Source: Isurus oxyrinchus (Eukaryota). Taken from it: a DNA stretch of 64,000 bases. The DNA is taken from contig JANJGN010000039.1 of NCBI GenBank assembly GCA_026770705.1, positions 8,680,001 through 8,744,000 on the forward strand, read 5' to 3'. The notes under the pieces are model-generated. The model had not been told where the DNA came from and did no database searches. It saw only the letters and a list, made by a program, of their open reading frames with translations. Of this stretch, positions 48,703-62,490 are shown one piece after another. Position numbers and translations under genes: made by a program. How positions within the stretch are numbered: position 1 is the first letter of the stretch; each line of letters opens with the position of its first letter.

Positions 48703-51700
48703 CTTCAAAAATGCCGAATACGCACGAAGATCAATGACGTGCATCGGGTATAATGTCGTCACGTACCTGAATCTCCCAGTCGCAGATGGGGAACGGGAGG
48801 GCCCACCTTTTAAAAGTTGCTAATGAGCAAGTTATTGAGTTTGTCAATGACACAATGGCATCTTTTATTCATTCGTGACTTGCACTTACCGTGGCCCTGA
48901 CGAGAGAAAAAAAACTTTCCGGAAGCTACCATCTGACGGCAATCGCGCGGAAGAGACGTTCTGCCTCCGGGACCATGACTAAATGTAGCAACAGATTGTG
49001 CTGGGGAAGGTGGGATTGTGCTGCCTTCATGCCTACTTTTCTCTGTTTTGTTTCTTGCCTGAGTTTCCAACGAAAAATAGTTTTGCAAAAACAGTTTCTG
49101 AGACCAGGTGGTCTTGAGCTTGCAGCCGTATCGACTTTCTGTTCACTGCATTACATTCTGCCGCACGATGTTCAGGCTTTCACTACCGATTGGACGCGGA
49201 CCCCATTTTGGCTCCTTCATTGCCTCCTCCCCGAGAGAATTTAATGAATTGTGGGGCGGGAGATGGTCTAAGGGAGGTTGAGTAGGAAAAGTGCTAATTT
49301 TACATTTCTCTAATTTCACGCTGCCGAATAATGTAAAATCCAGGCCGCTGTCTACTTAATGTAATGTTTCTTTATGATCCAAAATCGGGATTAGCGTTTT
49401 GAACCTGCACCGGAGGATGTGTGTCACTTCTCTAGTGTAAATGCTGCTACCGACCCTCAACAATGCGTCAGAACCAAAAACACAGTTCAGTGAATCACAC
49501 TCGGTATTGCGTTCTCCACAACATTCAGATATCCACTGAAAAGAATTAGCCCTTAAGTTTCTGTTTTGCATGCAAAAGATGCCATAGGAAATTGTTATTT
49601 TGTACTTACATTGCGAATAGATCATTGTTGTTCAAGTGATATGGATTTGGGACCGTGGAGGAAACTTCACCGCTCTGCAGTTCTTCAGACTCGGATGGTT
49701 ACAGTAACCAAACCAAGAGGCACATAAACCAAAGTGCACTGCACCTGCTCCATTTTCCTTTCCCAAACAGCAAGTCAATAACACGTCAGAAGCAGACTGC
49801 ATTTGCAGGGAGCAATGGATAATTCTATAGCATGTATACATGTTCATATCTCTAGTTTATTTAGCAGGGAATAATGTTGATAATATATTTGATGTCTGTA
49901 TAATTAATTTGCTAGCTAAGTAGTGGATAATCTTTTGGATTGGGGACTATTTCATTCGGTAGATAATGGTTCGTTCATTCCTTGGGCATTTCAATGTTTA
50001 ATTCGGAGGAATATTCTGGGAATATAATGATAATTTATTGGATAATTGTTTTGAAAATTAATTTGTCCAAACATTAGCTGCTTCAATATATAATTGTTTA
50101 AATTACTGCACTGTTTACATTGTTTCCTTATTTACAGTGCTGACCAGTACAGTTTCAAGTGAGGATATTTTGGCTAACCATCTTATCATCACTCACAATA
50201 GCGCATAGTTAATGATTTTGGGTAAATGTTATCGGGTAAATGAAGTTCAATTTTCATTTTTGTTATTTATTTTAAGTTGTTTTATTTTGTTATTTATTTT
50301 CAGCTGCAATTGTGTCAAACTAGCTTTGATTAATAATGTTTCCACCTTTTCCAGTGATTCCTACATGGTCAACAGAAACTCAAACTTTAATTTTTATCCA
50401 TTACCTGGCGTTTCCAAGGCTGTTTGTGATTATCATTGACAGCTGCATTAAGGCAATCAATGTTTGCTGCTTGCATTCGAGTTAGAGAATTGTCAACAGG
50501 AGGCTACCAAACTGGGTTGTGTATGTAACACGAATAGATTTTTTTCGTGGTCAAAGCTTGCCAACTTGCAATCTGATTCAGAAATGTTAAAAACTGTTTA
50601 TCTTTATCCGGCTAATTCGCCTTACTTCATTTAGAGTTCATCTGAATTATTAACGAACAACTTACTGAAATAATATGATCCAAACTGTTACTTCACCACC
50701 CTGTTTATAGACATCAATGCATTTTTGTTTCCCTAAGTTCAATTTTGCGAAAAGTCTACGTTCAGTCTGCAACCATGTTGCATAGCCTTGAGAACAGCTG
50801 GTACTTGAAATAACTCTATATCTATTCATCCCATTATTTTGAGAATGTGCATTATCTTCTTTCCTAATCTGTGCCTCCCGAATCTCACCGGAGTTTTCAG
50901 TCGGAAACCAATTCTGCACCCTTTCCAGAGCCATGAATCCTATCCTCTATCATCGCCACCAGACGTACAAACAAAATTTCGGCAATGTGCTGATTACCTA
51001 CATTCGATAATAATTCAGGCTGGAGGTATTTAAAGTGCTTTGAAATGCAGTAAAGTAATTTAATAAACGTGTGCATCAAGTTATTACATATCTGGCAGCT
51101 ACAAATTCGTTCAGTGAGATTCACTTAGCAAATCTGTTCTTAAAAATTCAACTGGACCTTTACTAAGTAGACAACAGAATCATAATGCAACCGTGATTAT
51201 CTGAGTCTCAGGTCAATTTCATTTGACTTATATAGATCACATATTTTCATCAGTAATCAGTATAAATGTCTGAAGTTAATCTTCTGTATAGTGATTCAGC
51301 AGTGAATCACTTCGCTAATTCTCTGAAAAGGTTCCTGCATTTTGAAAAAAAAAAGAAACATGCATTTTATGAACAAATGCTAAAATTCATGGATTTTATG
51401 AGCCTGGCCAATCTGAAATGAAGTAAGCTTCAGAGGATATTAATTTAAACATGGATGTGTTAGGTGCTAGGTCTTTATCGTCAGGTAATCGACAATTTGT
51501 AATTTCACTTTTCTGAACACATATTAGTCTACAGACTGAAATCGATGTGCCCATCACAGTCAATCTTTACCACGATCTTCTGTACTTGGTGCCAAGCAAA
51601 ATTAAATTTTCAGCTTCACCTTTCAAATCACTGATACTGTCCTTGAAAGACAAGCAATTCCCTTCTGCCCTTTCCACAACAAAATGATTTGTTCTGCAGC

Positions 51701-52795
51701 CGTTCAATTAATGGGAACTCTGTCCTGCCTACTCAGAAGCAAAATGCTAGTTATGTCCTCACGAGAAGCACATCTTCGAATTGCTCATTCACTATGCTTT
51801 GCAAGAAATGTGCCCCTATGGCCAATAACTATTGCTCACTCAATCTGATAGCATGTCACCGGTCCTAGTCTGCCATTATACTGCCCTCTTGATCAGCACT
51901 GACTGTACCCATTCTGCATAGCAATGTTGCTTCACATTTTCTGCAATGCATTAGCAATGTGTTCATCTGAAATAATCCTGCACAATGCCCAGCCAGCATA
52001 TCAATCTCACGTTACTCAGCCTGACTTAAGACACTGGACTAATCAGCTCTCATCCTCAAATAAAACTTCTCACTGGGAACCTGCTTAAGAATGTCACCTT
52101 GTATTGATTCAAATTGTACTGCCACTGTGATGACACTTGTGAAAACTTGCATTTGGCCTCATCTATGCTGGTCTTTTATGTAGCTCAGTGGTCTTATATG
52201 TTCCTGTTTTTTTTTTACCTTTCCATCTTTGCTTTCACTTGCATTCACGGTATGTTCGTGTCCCTGGGCAATATTTAATCTTCAAACTGTAAGTCCTGTA
52301 GTACAGTAATCCTTCCCAGTGCCTATCGCATCTCTAGACTGCCCAGCACGAACTGCATGTCTACCTCTTCTGGAGTATAATTTTACTTGGCCCAGATTCT
52401 ATGTTGTGCATTCCTTTCACATTTCACGTTGCACCAACACACATGAATTGAATTTTTACACCACCCATTTTCCTTTTAATATTCACCATGCCAAGCCGTT
52501 TGTGTGCAGTCAAATTGTCCGGGTCAAATTCGCCCTCAGCAATCTTAATCTTTACTGTACAATAGTTGTCCAGTCTACATTGATGATTTTCATTCCAAAA
52601 GACGAATTATCATCTAATGTTTCTCTTCCCTAAGCACTTTCAGTAGGTCCAGTTTACATTTAGAACAACTTCACCTCGGAAAGCTAACTGTGGCATATTT
52701 GGGTCAAATGCACAATCCTTTGCTACAACAGGAAGAAAATTAATAAAGTTCTTCTGTGTCATCAATCTCCTGCTTTCTCTGTCCTTCTCTTACAG

Positions 52796-53700
52796 TTAAT
52801 GTGGTTGCGATTGTGATTCTTTCCCGAAAAAAGTGTGGCCTCTCCAAATGTATTACCCACTATATGATCGCCATGGCCATGGCAGATCTCCTGGTTGTTT
52901 GTGCTGAAGTCATACTGAAGAATACACTGGATATTTATTTCGCTGTTTCATTCTTGACCATGAGCACGCTGTGCCAGCTAAATGTGACACTGATTAATGT
53001 AGTCACATCAGCGTCTCTCTGGTTAACAGTGATGTTCACCTTCGATCGTTTTGTGGTTATATGTTGTAAGAAGCTACGAAAAAAATATTCCACGGAGACA
53101 ACAGCAGTAGCTGTCATATCAGTGGTGAGCATGTTGAGTTTTTTTATAAATATTCCCTGGTACTTTGCGCTTGAACCTGCAGAAATAATGGACAATGTAA
53201 ATCGTGGTTGTGTCCTAAAACAGACATTTTTCATTTCTGATGAATGGGCCGCATTTGCCTTTTTTACCCTTACCTTGAAACCATGCGTTCCATTCATTCT
53301 AATCTTGTTGCTAAATGTTTTGACGGCTAGACATATTTTGGCAGCCAGTAACATTCGCAGGGGTCTCCGCTGTTGCAGCAATGGAGAACATCACACGGAC
53401 TCTGAAATAGAAAGCCGAAGAAAGTCCATTATTTTACTCTTCAGTATAACCGGCTGCTTTATATTGCTCTGGACAACTCCGGTTATATATCTTATCTCTC
53501 TGCATGTAACAATTACATCGAATTCTGGCGCAAATCACCTTGAGTCAGTTGGATTCATGCTAGGGGACCTAAGTTGCTGCACAAATACATTCATTTATGT
53601 GCTGACACAGGCTAGGTTTAGGGAGGAGCTGAGGAGCGGAATGAAGTACCTTGTGAAACTGTGCGTAAAATTATGCAAATCACAGCTGAAAACCCATTGA
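52796..53700 (+). CDS. Class A GPCR, GPR139/GPR142-like, intact copy: coding exon 2 (spliced product about 324 aa)
   Basis: Pyrimidine tract plus TTACAG acceptor ending at 52795, open to TGA at 53700. Hydrophobic helices with class A motifs: AMADLL (TM2), TFDRF (DRY variant), IPWYF (TM4), ESRRKSIILL, CFILLWTTP (TM6), SCCTNTFIY (NPxxY variant) and FREEL (helix 8). Assignment is family-level only. Confidence 0.92.
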
Positions 53701-55269
53701 CCTTTACAGGAGGACATAAACATTGTACCCTGAAACAACTCATGTTAGAATAGCGCTTGTAACAACGTTTAATATCCTAAGAAATTAATATGCTGTTAAG
53801 AATTTCCGTTTATAATATAATGTCAAATCGAACTCCTTTTCACAGTATACTGTAATCAATGGTGAATTGCAATTGTGTTAACAATAAAAAAAATACTGAA
53901 CAGCCCCTTTTAGCGTTGCAGAGTTTGACAGAATGAATTGTGATGCCATGTTCTGACAGCCTTGTGTTCATTGGAACAGTTGTTCTGATCAACAGTACAA
54001 CACACAAAACATCACCATCTGGATCAGGATAACTCGACAAATGTAACATAGAGAAACGCCACAAATTACGTACAACCTACGTTCTTGGCCAAATAGTACA
54101 TAGAGGGAATTTTCAGAACATGCTTCATGAAGTCTGGCACCCTCCAAATATCAAACAGTTGCACAATGAGCTGCTTCTCAGATTTCCATTTACCTGACAT
54201 GATTAAAACAAGGAAGGCCTGGTTATCACGTGTTTTATGGAACGACGGGCATTGGCACAATTGATCAGTCATTCTCCTGATCCATAGGGCTGAGAGACGG
54301 CTCCATATCTAGGATTCAAAACTTTTAAATCCGATTCCCTCCGATTCAGTTGAAAGCGCAAATTGCTCACACTTGTTCTTTCCACGATTACGGGGGCCGC
54401 TTCATCCCGACAAGTGCATTCACAACCCTCTCTGTTTCATGTTATCCGGTCCTTTCACACACACAGCCACCAAATGGCTGTTATCATAATTCTCGAATGT
54501 TTTAATGTTTAACTTGATATCCACTCATCAATATAACGAGCGACACTTCAATCAGGTATTTGCACGTTTTCCCATCCAAATAAAGTCTGATCACACATTG
54601 CCCTACCATCAACTTCCTGCTATCTATACCTACGCAAACTGAATGTGGAAAAAAACGTAATGTAATTCTTCTCGTCGGATATTCGTATCATTTACTTAAC
54701 TTCAATGCTTTTTTAGCATGCAGTCATGGGCTACAGCACAGAAACGGACCATTTGGCCCCTCCTTTCCTTATTGTCTCTTTGAAGGAAGTTGCAGACGGC
54801 AGGCACTCCTCCGGTTTCTCCCTGTTATGTGGGTCATTCGCTTTTCTCAGATATTAATTTAAAATCGTCTTGACGATTCCTAATTAACCACCCTACTCAC
54901 CCGATGAAATGAATGGCCGGAACAACCGCCAATTAAAGTGGCATTAAATAGCAAACTACAACTGCTTCTCTTGAATAAATTAACATTAAAGACAAGACGG
55001 ATACGGTCATGGCATGAGGGGCATAACTGGCAAGAAAAAACAACTATTGCCAATCTTTAATTGCTCGTACAGCAATGCATACGTGCTCCGTCTTTTCGAG
55101 CAGCTGCAGTGTTTCTGATATCTTTGCCCTGGATGCTTAGGGCCTGAATTACTAAATGCCCACACCGCTTGCTCAGCTACCACTCTTTTCTAAATGTTTG
55201 CTCTGGCCTTTCGGCACGTGCACTTTATAAATATTCACCCGGCTGCTCAGCTCCCAGTCCTTTTAGCTC

Positions 55270-56230
55270 CTGAGGGATCCTGAGTTCCTCAGGGAAGTGT
55301 CCGAGTCTCAACGATGTTTAGCTCCATTATCACTGCCCTTCACTCCATCTTATGGTCGGAAATGGCGATGATCGCTGATGATTGCGCAATGGTCAGCATA
55401 ATTCGTGACTCCTGACATAATGAGGTTGTCCATCGCCAAATGCAGCATATTCAGGTTTTGGCTGACAAGTGGCAAAGGACATTCACACCATGCAAGTACC
55501 CGGAATGATTAACTCCAAAAGAGAAAATCAAACCATCGCCCGTTAACATTCAATGGCATTACCATCGCTGAACGTCGCACTATCAGCATTGCTACGGTTA
55601 TCATTGACCAGAAACAGAACTGGATTGGCCATATACACACAACGTCTACAAATGCGGTTCAGATGCAAGGAATCCTGCGGCGAGTAACACACCTCCTGAC
55701 ACCCCAATTCCTTTCCAACATCTACAAGGCAAAAGATAGGATTGTGATGGTATACTCTCCACTTGCTTGGATGCGGGCAGGTCCAATAGCAGTCAGGAAG
55801 CCTGATAGCATTTGGGACAAATCAGCCGTTAAACGTTGACTCCTTCGACCACCAACGACCAACAGCAGCAGTTTGTACTATTTGCAAGGTTACATGAAGG
55901 AATTTTCGAAGTTACCTTAGACAGTAGAGTCCAAACCCACGACCGGAATCATCTAGAAGGATAATGGGCAGCAGGTGCATGGGAATACAACGAACTGGAA
56001 GTTATCCTCAAAGCTACTCACCAGCCTGATTTGAAAATATATCCCTGTTCCTTCCTTGCCGTTGCTTCGAACTCCAGGAACTCCCGCCCTAACAGCACTA
56101 TGGGTGTAGGGTTAGCAGAGGGACTGCTGCGTTTCAAGAAGGAAGCTCACCACCACCTTCTCAAGCGTACCTACATCTGGGCAATAAATGCTGCGCGAAC
56201 GATTGACGCCAAAACACCCTTAATGAATAA
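55270..56230 (+). mobile_element. LINE 3' fragment, paralog of 18340-19080
   Basis: VPQGSV..IADDC motifs and the same tail; retains about 250 bp missing from copy 1. Confidence 0.7.
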
Positions 56231-57405
56231 CAATAAATTATCGTTGTCCTCTTTAGCTGCACAACTACTAGGCTAACCATTTCTCCATGCTCACAGCTCT
56301 GTTCTACTATAGTCAAAGCACTATCGTCCCAATACTTCGTCCTTCTTACAATACTATGCTCTAGCAATTAGCTTCCACACTTGTATAAATATCTGCTCTG
56401 GGGTAAGAGCGCCTTTTACTTTTCAATCTGTGCTTTGATTATCTAGCTCACACTATTTTAACATTGTTATGGAGGAGAAGCCCATTTCTAATCTGTGCTT
56501 TGAGTATCTAATTCTTGCTCTTTTTAAATATCTCCTCTGGCATCTCCGATCCCGCTATTTTTTACATTTCTTCTCTGGCGCCTCAACTCATCCTCTTTAT
56601 TTAAATATCATCTGTTCGTGCTCTACTAGCCGCTCTCTCTAAATCTCTGCTCTCACTGTTCAGCTGCAGCGCTAAAAAGACTAAATGAACCTGTGCTCAC
56701 TGCCAAGAGTCTACCCGGCAATTAGAGAATGTTGTGTTTAATTATGCATCATCACTGGTTTGTATCAAAGTGCCTTAAAATAAGAACATGCTCGAACAAA
56801 CTAGTTCCGTTTTGATATCATAGCAGAGGAGGTTAATGGGGAGAATAAATGGCGAAGTCTTTTGTGAGATATTAATTGGCAACTTATCACAGATAAGGCT
56901 GCTTAAGAACATTTAGGCTCATTAAAGAGGAAAGAGGCGCGAGTTCTAGGAGGGGGATGTGTTGCTTTCCAATTACAACAAATTTGGTAATGCACAGAAA
57001 ACCGCAACTGTTTGTTTACGTTTTGTTTCATTCTGGATGATGGAAGCCAGTGGTGTTCCTCACAAATCCGAGTTTGTTATATTTTTGCTCGATATAAACC
57101 GGTTGGATCTTGGAAAACAGCACAACGTTTCAAAATGTGTTCGTGATGCACACATGGCGTGGGGGGGGGTGGGGGGGGGGCAGGTTTACCAGTGATAATA
57201 ATATGAATCCGTTGCAATAGGACATGCAGTGAAGAGCAGAACAGGCAGAGAAATAGCAGATGCAATTTAAGGTATTGCATTGTAAAATAATACCATTTGG
57301 CAGAAGGCGTAGTGAGGGGAAGTTGAGCGGAATGTCACTGTCCCAAATAATGTGATAGAATGGAGGGACCAAGGTGCGTGTGCTTCGATGTTAGAGTATG
57401 ACAGA

Positions 57406-59420
57406 CAGAGCCGTGCCTCGGGTATGGAAAATTGTGGCGACCGGGCCTGGCACCGCACTTTGAGGGTGGGATATGCACTGCGCTGGGTGACCTGTGGATG
57501 CAGGAGACTTTTCCTATCTGGGTAAGTTTGAAGGCGTCTGTTTAAGTGACACAAGTGAGCGGCTCTATTCCTATTTATGATTTAATGGGTAGCACGATCA
57601 GAGAGAGAGAGAGCATTGGGGAAATATTGCTTGAGTGCGAAGCAAAGACAGAAAAACAACCAGAGAATGATAAGACCCTCAAATGTTCTCCAGAAATCTA
57701 GAAACATTTTAGAAGTCCTTCGACAAATCTGCAAAATATTGAATTAATGCACTCCAGCGAGTGTACCACCAAGGCTCAGGAAGTGCGCATTAGTGCAAAC
57801 CGTGCATAGTCTGATGAAATAGAGAATTCTTCCGGCGCGCTTTCCACTGAAGAAGTAATATATGTTACAGCGAATTGGCCAGAATTATTCACCAAGAAGA
57901 CGATAGACATTCCAGTGAGGAGTGGAAATGTGAAAATATTGGGCAGTGCCGGTGTCTTTCCAAACAATGATTAGATTGAAACTTTTCAGTAGATTTAAGC
58001 TCGCGGAACTGCCAAATGGAGAAACAAATTGCCTAGTGAACTCAAAAAAAGCGTTGATGTATCTTTTTGATTGTGCTGCAAATTGTACAGCTCAGAAACC
58101 GCACGGAAATTATGAAAGGAATGCTGCAGTGCCCGGAAATATCTCAATGACAGATTGCAATTTTATCGAGCTGTCTAAGGAGCATATTCAAAACGCAACA
58201 CAATGGATTGAAACAAAGTGAATGTTTCCAGAAATGAAGGCACTGGATGAGAAAGCAAATTGATAAATAAACAAGGTGAAGAAAATGACAATCAACGTTG
58301 ACAGGCATTATAGCAGCCGTTCAGCTCCAGTTGATCATAACTCACAATTTATTTGAACATATGCAAGACTATATGCGCACAAAAATGTCTCCTTTCTGGG
58401 ATTAATTGACATTTGAGCTAAATACGACCCTACGTTTCATGGATATGTCCCATGCATCAAAAACTAATACACTCCTGACCATATTCTTGGACTTTGTATT
58501 CAAAATGAACTATTTTGGACGATGACTTCGAAGGTGAAGAAAATAAAAGTTATTGTAAAGGTGAAGGCGTCAATAAACCTTGCGCTTATTCTTGTCTGTA
58601 CCCCTCTACTGAATAAGGAAGATCAGATATTCCTTGTGCTTCGTTAGCTTGATCTGACTTCTGAAGATATGAATCGAAGGGAGGATTTAACTCATTTTGT
58701 GCTGATTCAAGACAAAACTTGGCAAGGCCTGTCTGATTCTCTCCATGATGCGCCAGATGGGCTTGGCCTTTGGATCACTGACTGTAAGAGGCAGGGGCAC
58801 AACAGTCGGGTAAACATTAAGGATAAAAAAACAAGACGTACAATCGTGCCCCCTTCATCACAACCGTCGAGGGTTTTGAACTCCACGAGGCTGCCACAAC
58901 TTATATCTGGTACTGGATATGGTAAAGTGCAGTTCTAAAACAGTGATACTGTTTTGGAGTTGTGCTGCAAATTTACAGAATTATTTCGGTTTGAAATATC
59001 AGATGGCATATATTGAGAGCGGATGCTTCCTGTATAACGTTCAAGTCGTTGTCAGACTGTTGGTGGAATGTCGAGTCGAGAATGGAAATGCAATCTGTTA
59101 CCAAACAGCTGATATCAGGAAGGCATTGATTACAGTTACTGAAGAATGTGACAACCCAACTGTTAAAATTGAGTCTTAGTCCTCGATCAATGATGAAGTC
59201 GAAGCTTTCGAATTTCGCTTTGCAATGGTTGAATGGCACGACAGCATATTCGTCACAAGCAGCGTGACCCACAATATTCAATCCTTCGAAATGCAGCTTC
59301 ATGTGGCTTTAGCATTTCGAAGGGTTTGGCGAAAATGAAAAGCAGGCTGGGTAGCACTCTTAATAACGGAAGATATTAATGGTAATAGCGGATCTTACAA
59401 CAAACGATGATGGGCCAATT
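57406..59420 (+). mobile_element. Fossil hAT DNA transposon (Tip100/ZMYM1-like transposase), left end and most of the transposase
   Basis: CAGAGCCG.. GC-rich terminus and a TTF-zinc-finger remnant (VDVSF*LCCKL). Transposase remnants: SFLGLIDI*AKYDP, IQNEL, LILVCTP..DQIFLVLR, LGLWITDCKRQGHN, ECRVE..AICYQ and FEFRFAMVEWHDSIF. Many stops and frameshifts. Confidence 0.82.
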
Positions 59421-59559
59421 TGTGAAGAGCTGGGAATGACAAGGGGATCTGATGTTGGTGGGAGTTGTTTATAGGCCACCATACAACGGTGCTAATTTGT
59501 TGCACAGTATAAATCATGACTTTGGAGCTGAATGTAACATGCTTAAAGCAGGAAAATAG

Positions 59560-60775
59560 GAAACTTCGATTTGCAAAAAGACTGTGCTTAACCAAATCAG
59601 CACTAATAGCCTGGAAGAGGAATTAATTGAATATATACGAGATTGGTTTCAGAACCAGTACGTTCAAGAGCCAACTAATGATCGAGCTACTCAGGATTTA
59701 GTGCTATGCCAAGCAAAGGACTCAATGGATTTCCATGCTTTCAAGAAGCCTTTGGGAAATAGTGATGACAATGTGATATAGTTTCGCAATATGTATGACA
59801 GCGATATGCTGAATTCCAAAACTCGGTTCTTAAATCTGAAGAAAGGAAATTATGAATGTCAGAGAGCCAAGTTGGCTATGATTGTTTGCAAAAGATAGGA
59901 AAATGTTTCTCAGTGGACAGGCAATAGCGAGTATTTAAGGAAATAATGCAGTGTCTACATCAGACACGAATTCACGAAAGCTCAAGCACACACAGGGAAA
60001 GAAAACTCAAGCGTTGTTACCAAATGAAATTAAATATTGCATTACATGAAGTGGAATGATTTATCGTGGCACATGGGAAAAAGTGGTAAATCTGAGTTTT
60101 AGGTGAAATTTACATCCCAACACATAAGGACCAAGTAACTGATTTAGAAATGGGAAGAGTATGGAATGCTATCCGGCGAGGAACTTAAAGAGCAAATCTG
60201 GGCACTTTACATGTGGGTACGGGAATATTTAATGTGGAGAATACGGAAACAGCATAGCAAAGAAACAGCAACTTTTCACCTGTCGTCACGGAGAAACATA
60301 CAGAATATTTCCAAGATAAGCTAATCAACCAAGCGACTTGTAAGACAGGGGAGCGAAAATAAATAAATAGTTTCAGTTGAAAACGTAGTACTTGAAATGT
60401 GAACTGGATTGAATGTTAAATAAGTCGCTGGACTAGAATTGCTTCATCCCAAGAGTTCTGATGTAGGACGCTAAGTAGAAGAAGAAAGAAAGTACTGATG
60501 TATTGGTTGTTATCCTTCAGAATTCTTTAGATTCTGGAATGTCTCCAGCAGATTGCAAAGTATCAGACGTTACATCACTATTAAGAATGCAATAAACGGG
60601 ACGAAGGAGAACTGCAGACATGTCAGTTCGACATAAATGGTATGGAAAATGTCATAATCTATTAGTACGGATGCGGGAACTGTGTATTTAGTAAAAATGG
60701 TTACATTGTGCATTGTTAGGAAGGGTATATGAAAGGGGAATCGTGTTAGACTGAAAATTAAACAATTCACTGGAT
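59560..60775 (+). mobile_element. Decayed CR1 ORF2 (endonuclease end to pre-RT region)
   Basis: EELIEYIRDWFQNQYVQEPTNDRATQDLVL..PLGNSDDNVI, resembling the APE-domain SDH motif. Confidence 0.7.
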
Positions 60776-60779
60776 AAGC

Positions 60780-62490
60780 AGGCTCTACAAATATCCAGAC
60801 CTCCAATGCTGCGAGGGCCCAGCAAATCATTGGAAAATTTAAAGCTGAAGCATTCGCAAAGATCTTCCTCTAGATGTGCCGAGTGGATGACCCATCTTGG
60901 CCTCCTCAGTAGGTTCCCAACATCACAGCTGATAGACGTCAGCCAAGTGTCTTCACTCTCCATGGTATAAGGAACCGGCTGATCCTCTGGATACTGCAAC
61001 ACGAGGGGCATCAAAAATATTCCGACAATTGTACTGAAGGCTTGTGAACTCGATAGTGCCCCCTTCTATACCCTTGCTGCTCCAGTACAGATTCAACACT
61101 GGCATCTACCCAAATATGTGGAAAATTGCCTAGGGACGTGATACACAAAAACGCAGCACAAACACAAGCCGTTCATTAACAGTCACATCAGCCCACATTT
61201 CAACATCGGGAGGGTAATGGAAGGTTTGATCAATCGGCATCTGATCAGCAGTACTCTGCTCACTGAGGCTCTGTTTGTATTCCAAAAGTTTCAGCCTGTT
61301 TCCAATAGCATCATAGCTAAGGTCCATTCATGGGGATAAGAGGGGAACTCCAGATGTGACCTGACAGTGACTGCACTTACTATCAAGGCAGCATATCATC
61401 CGGTGTGGCATCAAGGCCCCCTCAAATAAGTGGAAACAATGCGAATCAAAGGGAACACTCTCTGTTGGATGGAGTCATATCTGGCACAAATCAATATTGT
61501 ACTGTTAGTTGCAGGTCATTCATCTCAGTTCAAGCATGTCACTGCAGGTGAAGCTCAGGAGTGTGCCTAGTCCTCAGCACCTTCAGCTGCTTCATCTATC
61601 ACCTTTCTTCCACAATAGGCTCAGAAGTGGCGATGCTTGATGAAGTTTGCTCAATGGACAGAACATATGCATCTTCTCACATACTGAGCCGTCCATGGCC
61701 AATTAGAGGAATGTCTGGGCATTGTCCAGCCTTGGGGAGAGAAGTTTCAAGTAACGTTCACGCCACATAAGGGCTAAGCAATGTTTATCTTCAAAAAAAT
61801 AATCTAAATATCGTCCCCTGGCATTCACTTATATAATGATTTCAGAAACCCCCGCTATCATCATCCTAGGAACAACCGTTGACAAGTAACTGTACTGGCC
61901 TAATGATACAAATATTGTGGCTACAAGAGCAGGCCAGACGCTAGGAAATCTGTGGCGAGTAACTCACGACCTGACTCCCCCAATGCTTGGCCACCATCTA
62001 CAATGCACAGCTCAGGACATGCCGGAGGAATGCTGCTCCAACAGCACTCAGGAACCCCAAAACCATCCACCACAAAGCTTGATTGGCAGCCTTCAATAAG
62101 CGTGCACACCCCGCACTACCGACAAAGAGAGACAGCAGTGCACACCAGCTACAACATTTTCCTCAGTAGCAGACCGCTCTATCTTAGACAGTAAATCCCG
62201 AATCCAGAACAGCTGCCATCTAGAATGACAAGAACAGCAGGCACATGGGAACACCAGCACTTGCAAGTTTTCCTCCCCGTCACTCACTGTCCTGGCTTGG
62301 GACTCTCACCTTTCCCTCATTATCGCTGGGTGAGACCATGGAGCTACCTCCCTAACTGAACTGTGGTTTTATCTGCACCACATGTAGAGCCATGGCTCAA
62401 GAATGTAGCTCCCCAGCAGCTTCTCAAGGGTAATTAGGACGGGCAGTAAATGGCTGCATACGCAGCGATGCCAAAATCCCGTAAAATAAT
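60780..62490 (+). mobile_element. Decayed LINE ORF2 with 3' tail (CR1/L2 group)
   Basis: Same family as 24720-26260: TIKAAY..VWHQG, WMESYLAQ, FSCFIYHL and the tail. Confidence 0.72.

Larger units (their letters stand above)
42901..57695 (+). repeat. Segmental duplication, copy 2
   Basis: Matches 3738-20505 in the same orientation, including old LINE fragments, both GPCR exons and the hAT left end. Confidence 0.93.

Noticed and set aside
52756-52795. Track start of the 314-aa GPCR ORF as a single-exon gene
   Set aside because: It begins at a GTG inside the polypyrimidine tract; the first half of TM1 comes from exon 45860-45929.
52935-53381. 148-aa minus-strand ORF
   Set aside because: Antisense shadow of the GPCR exon.
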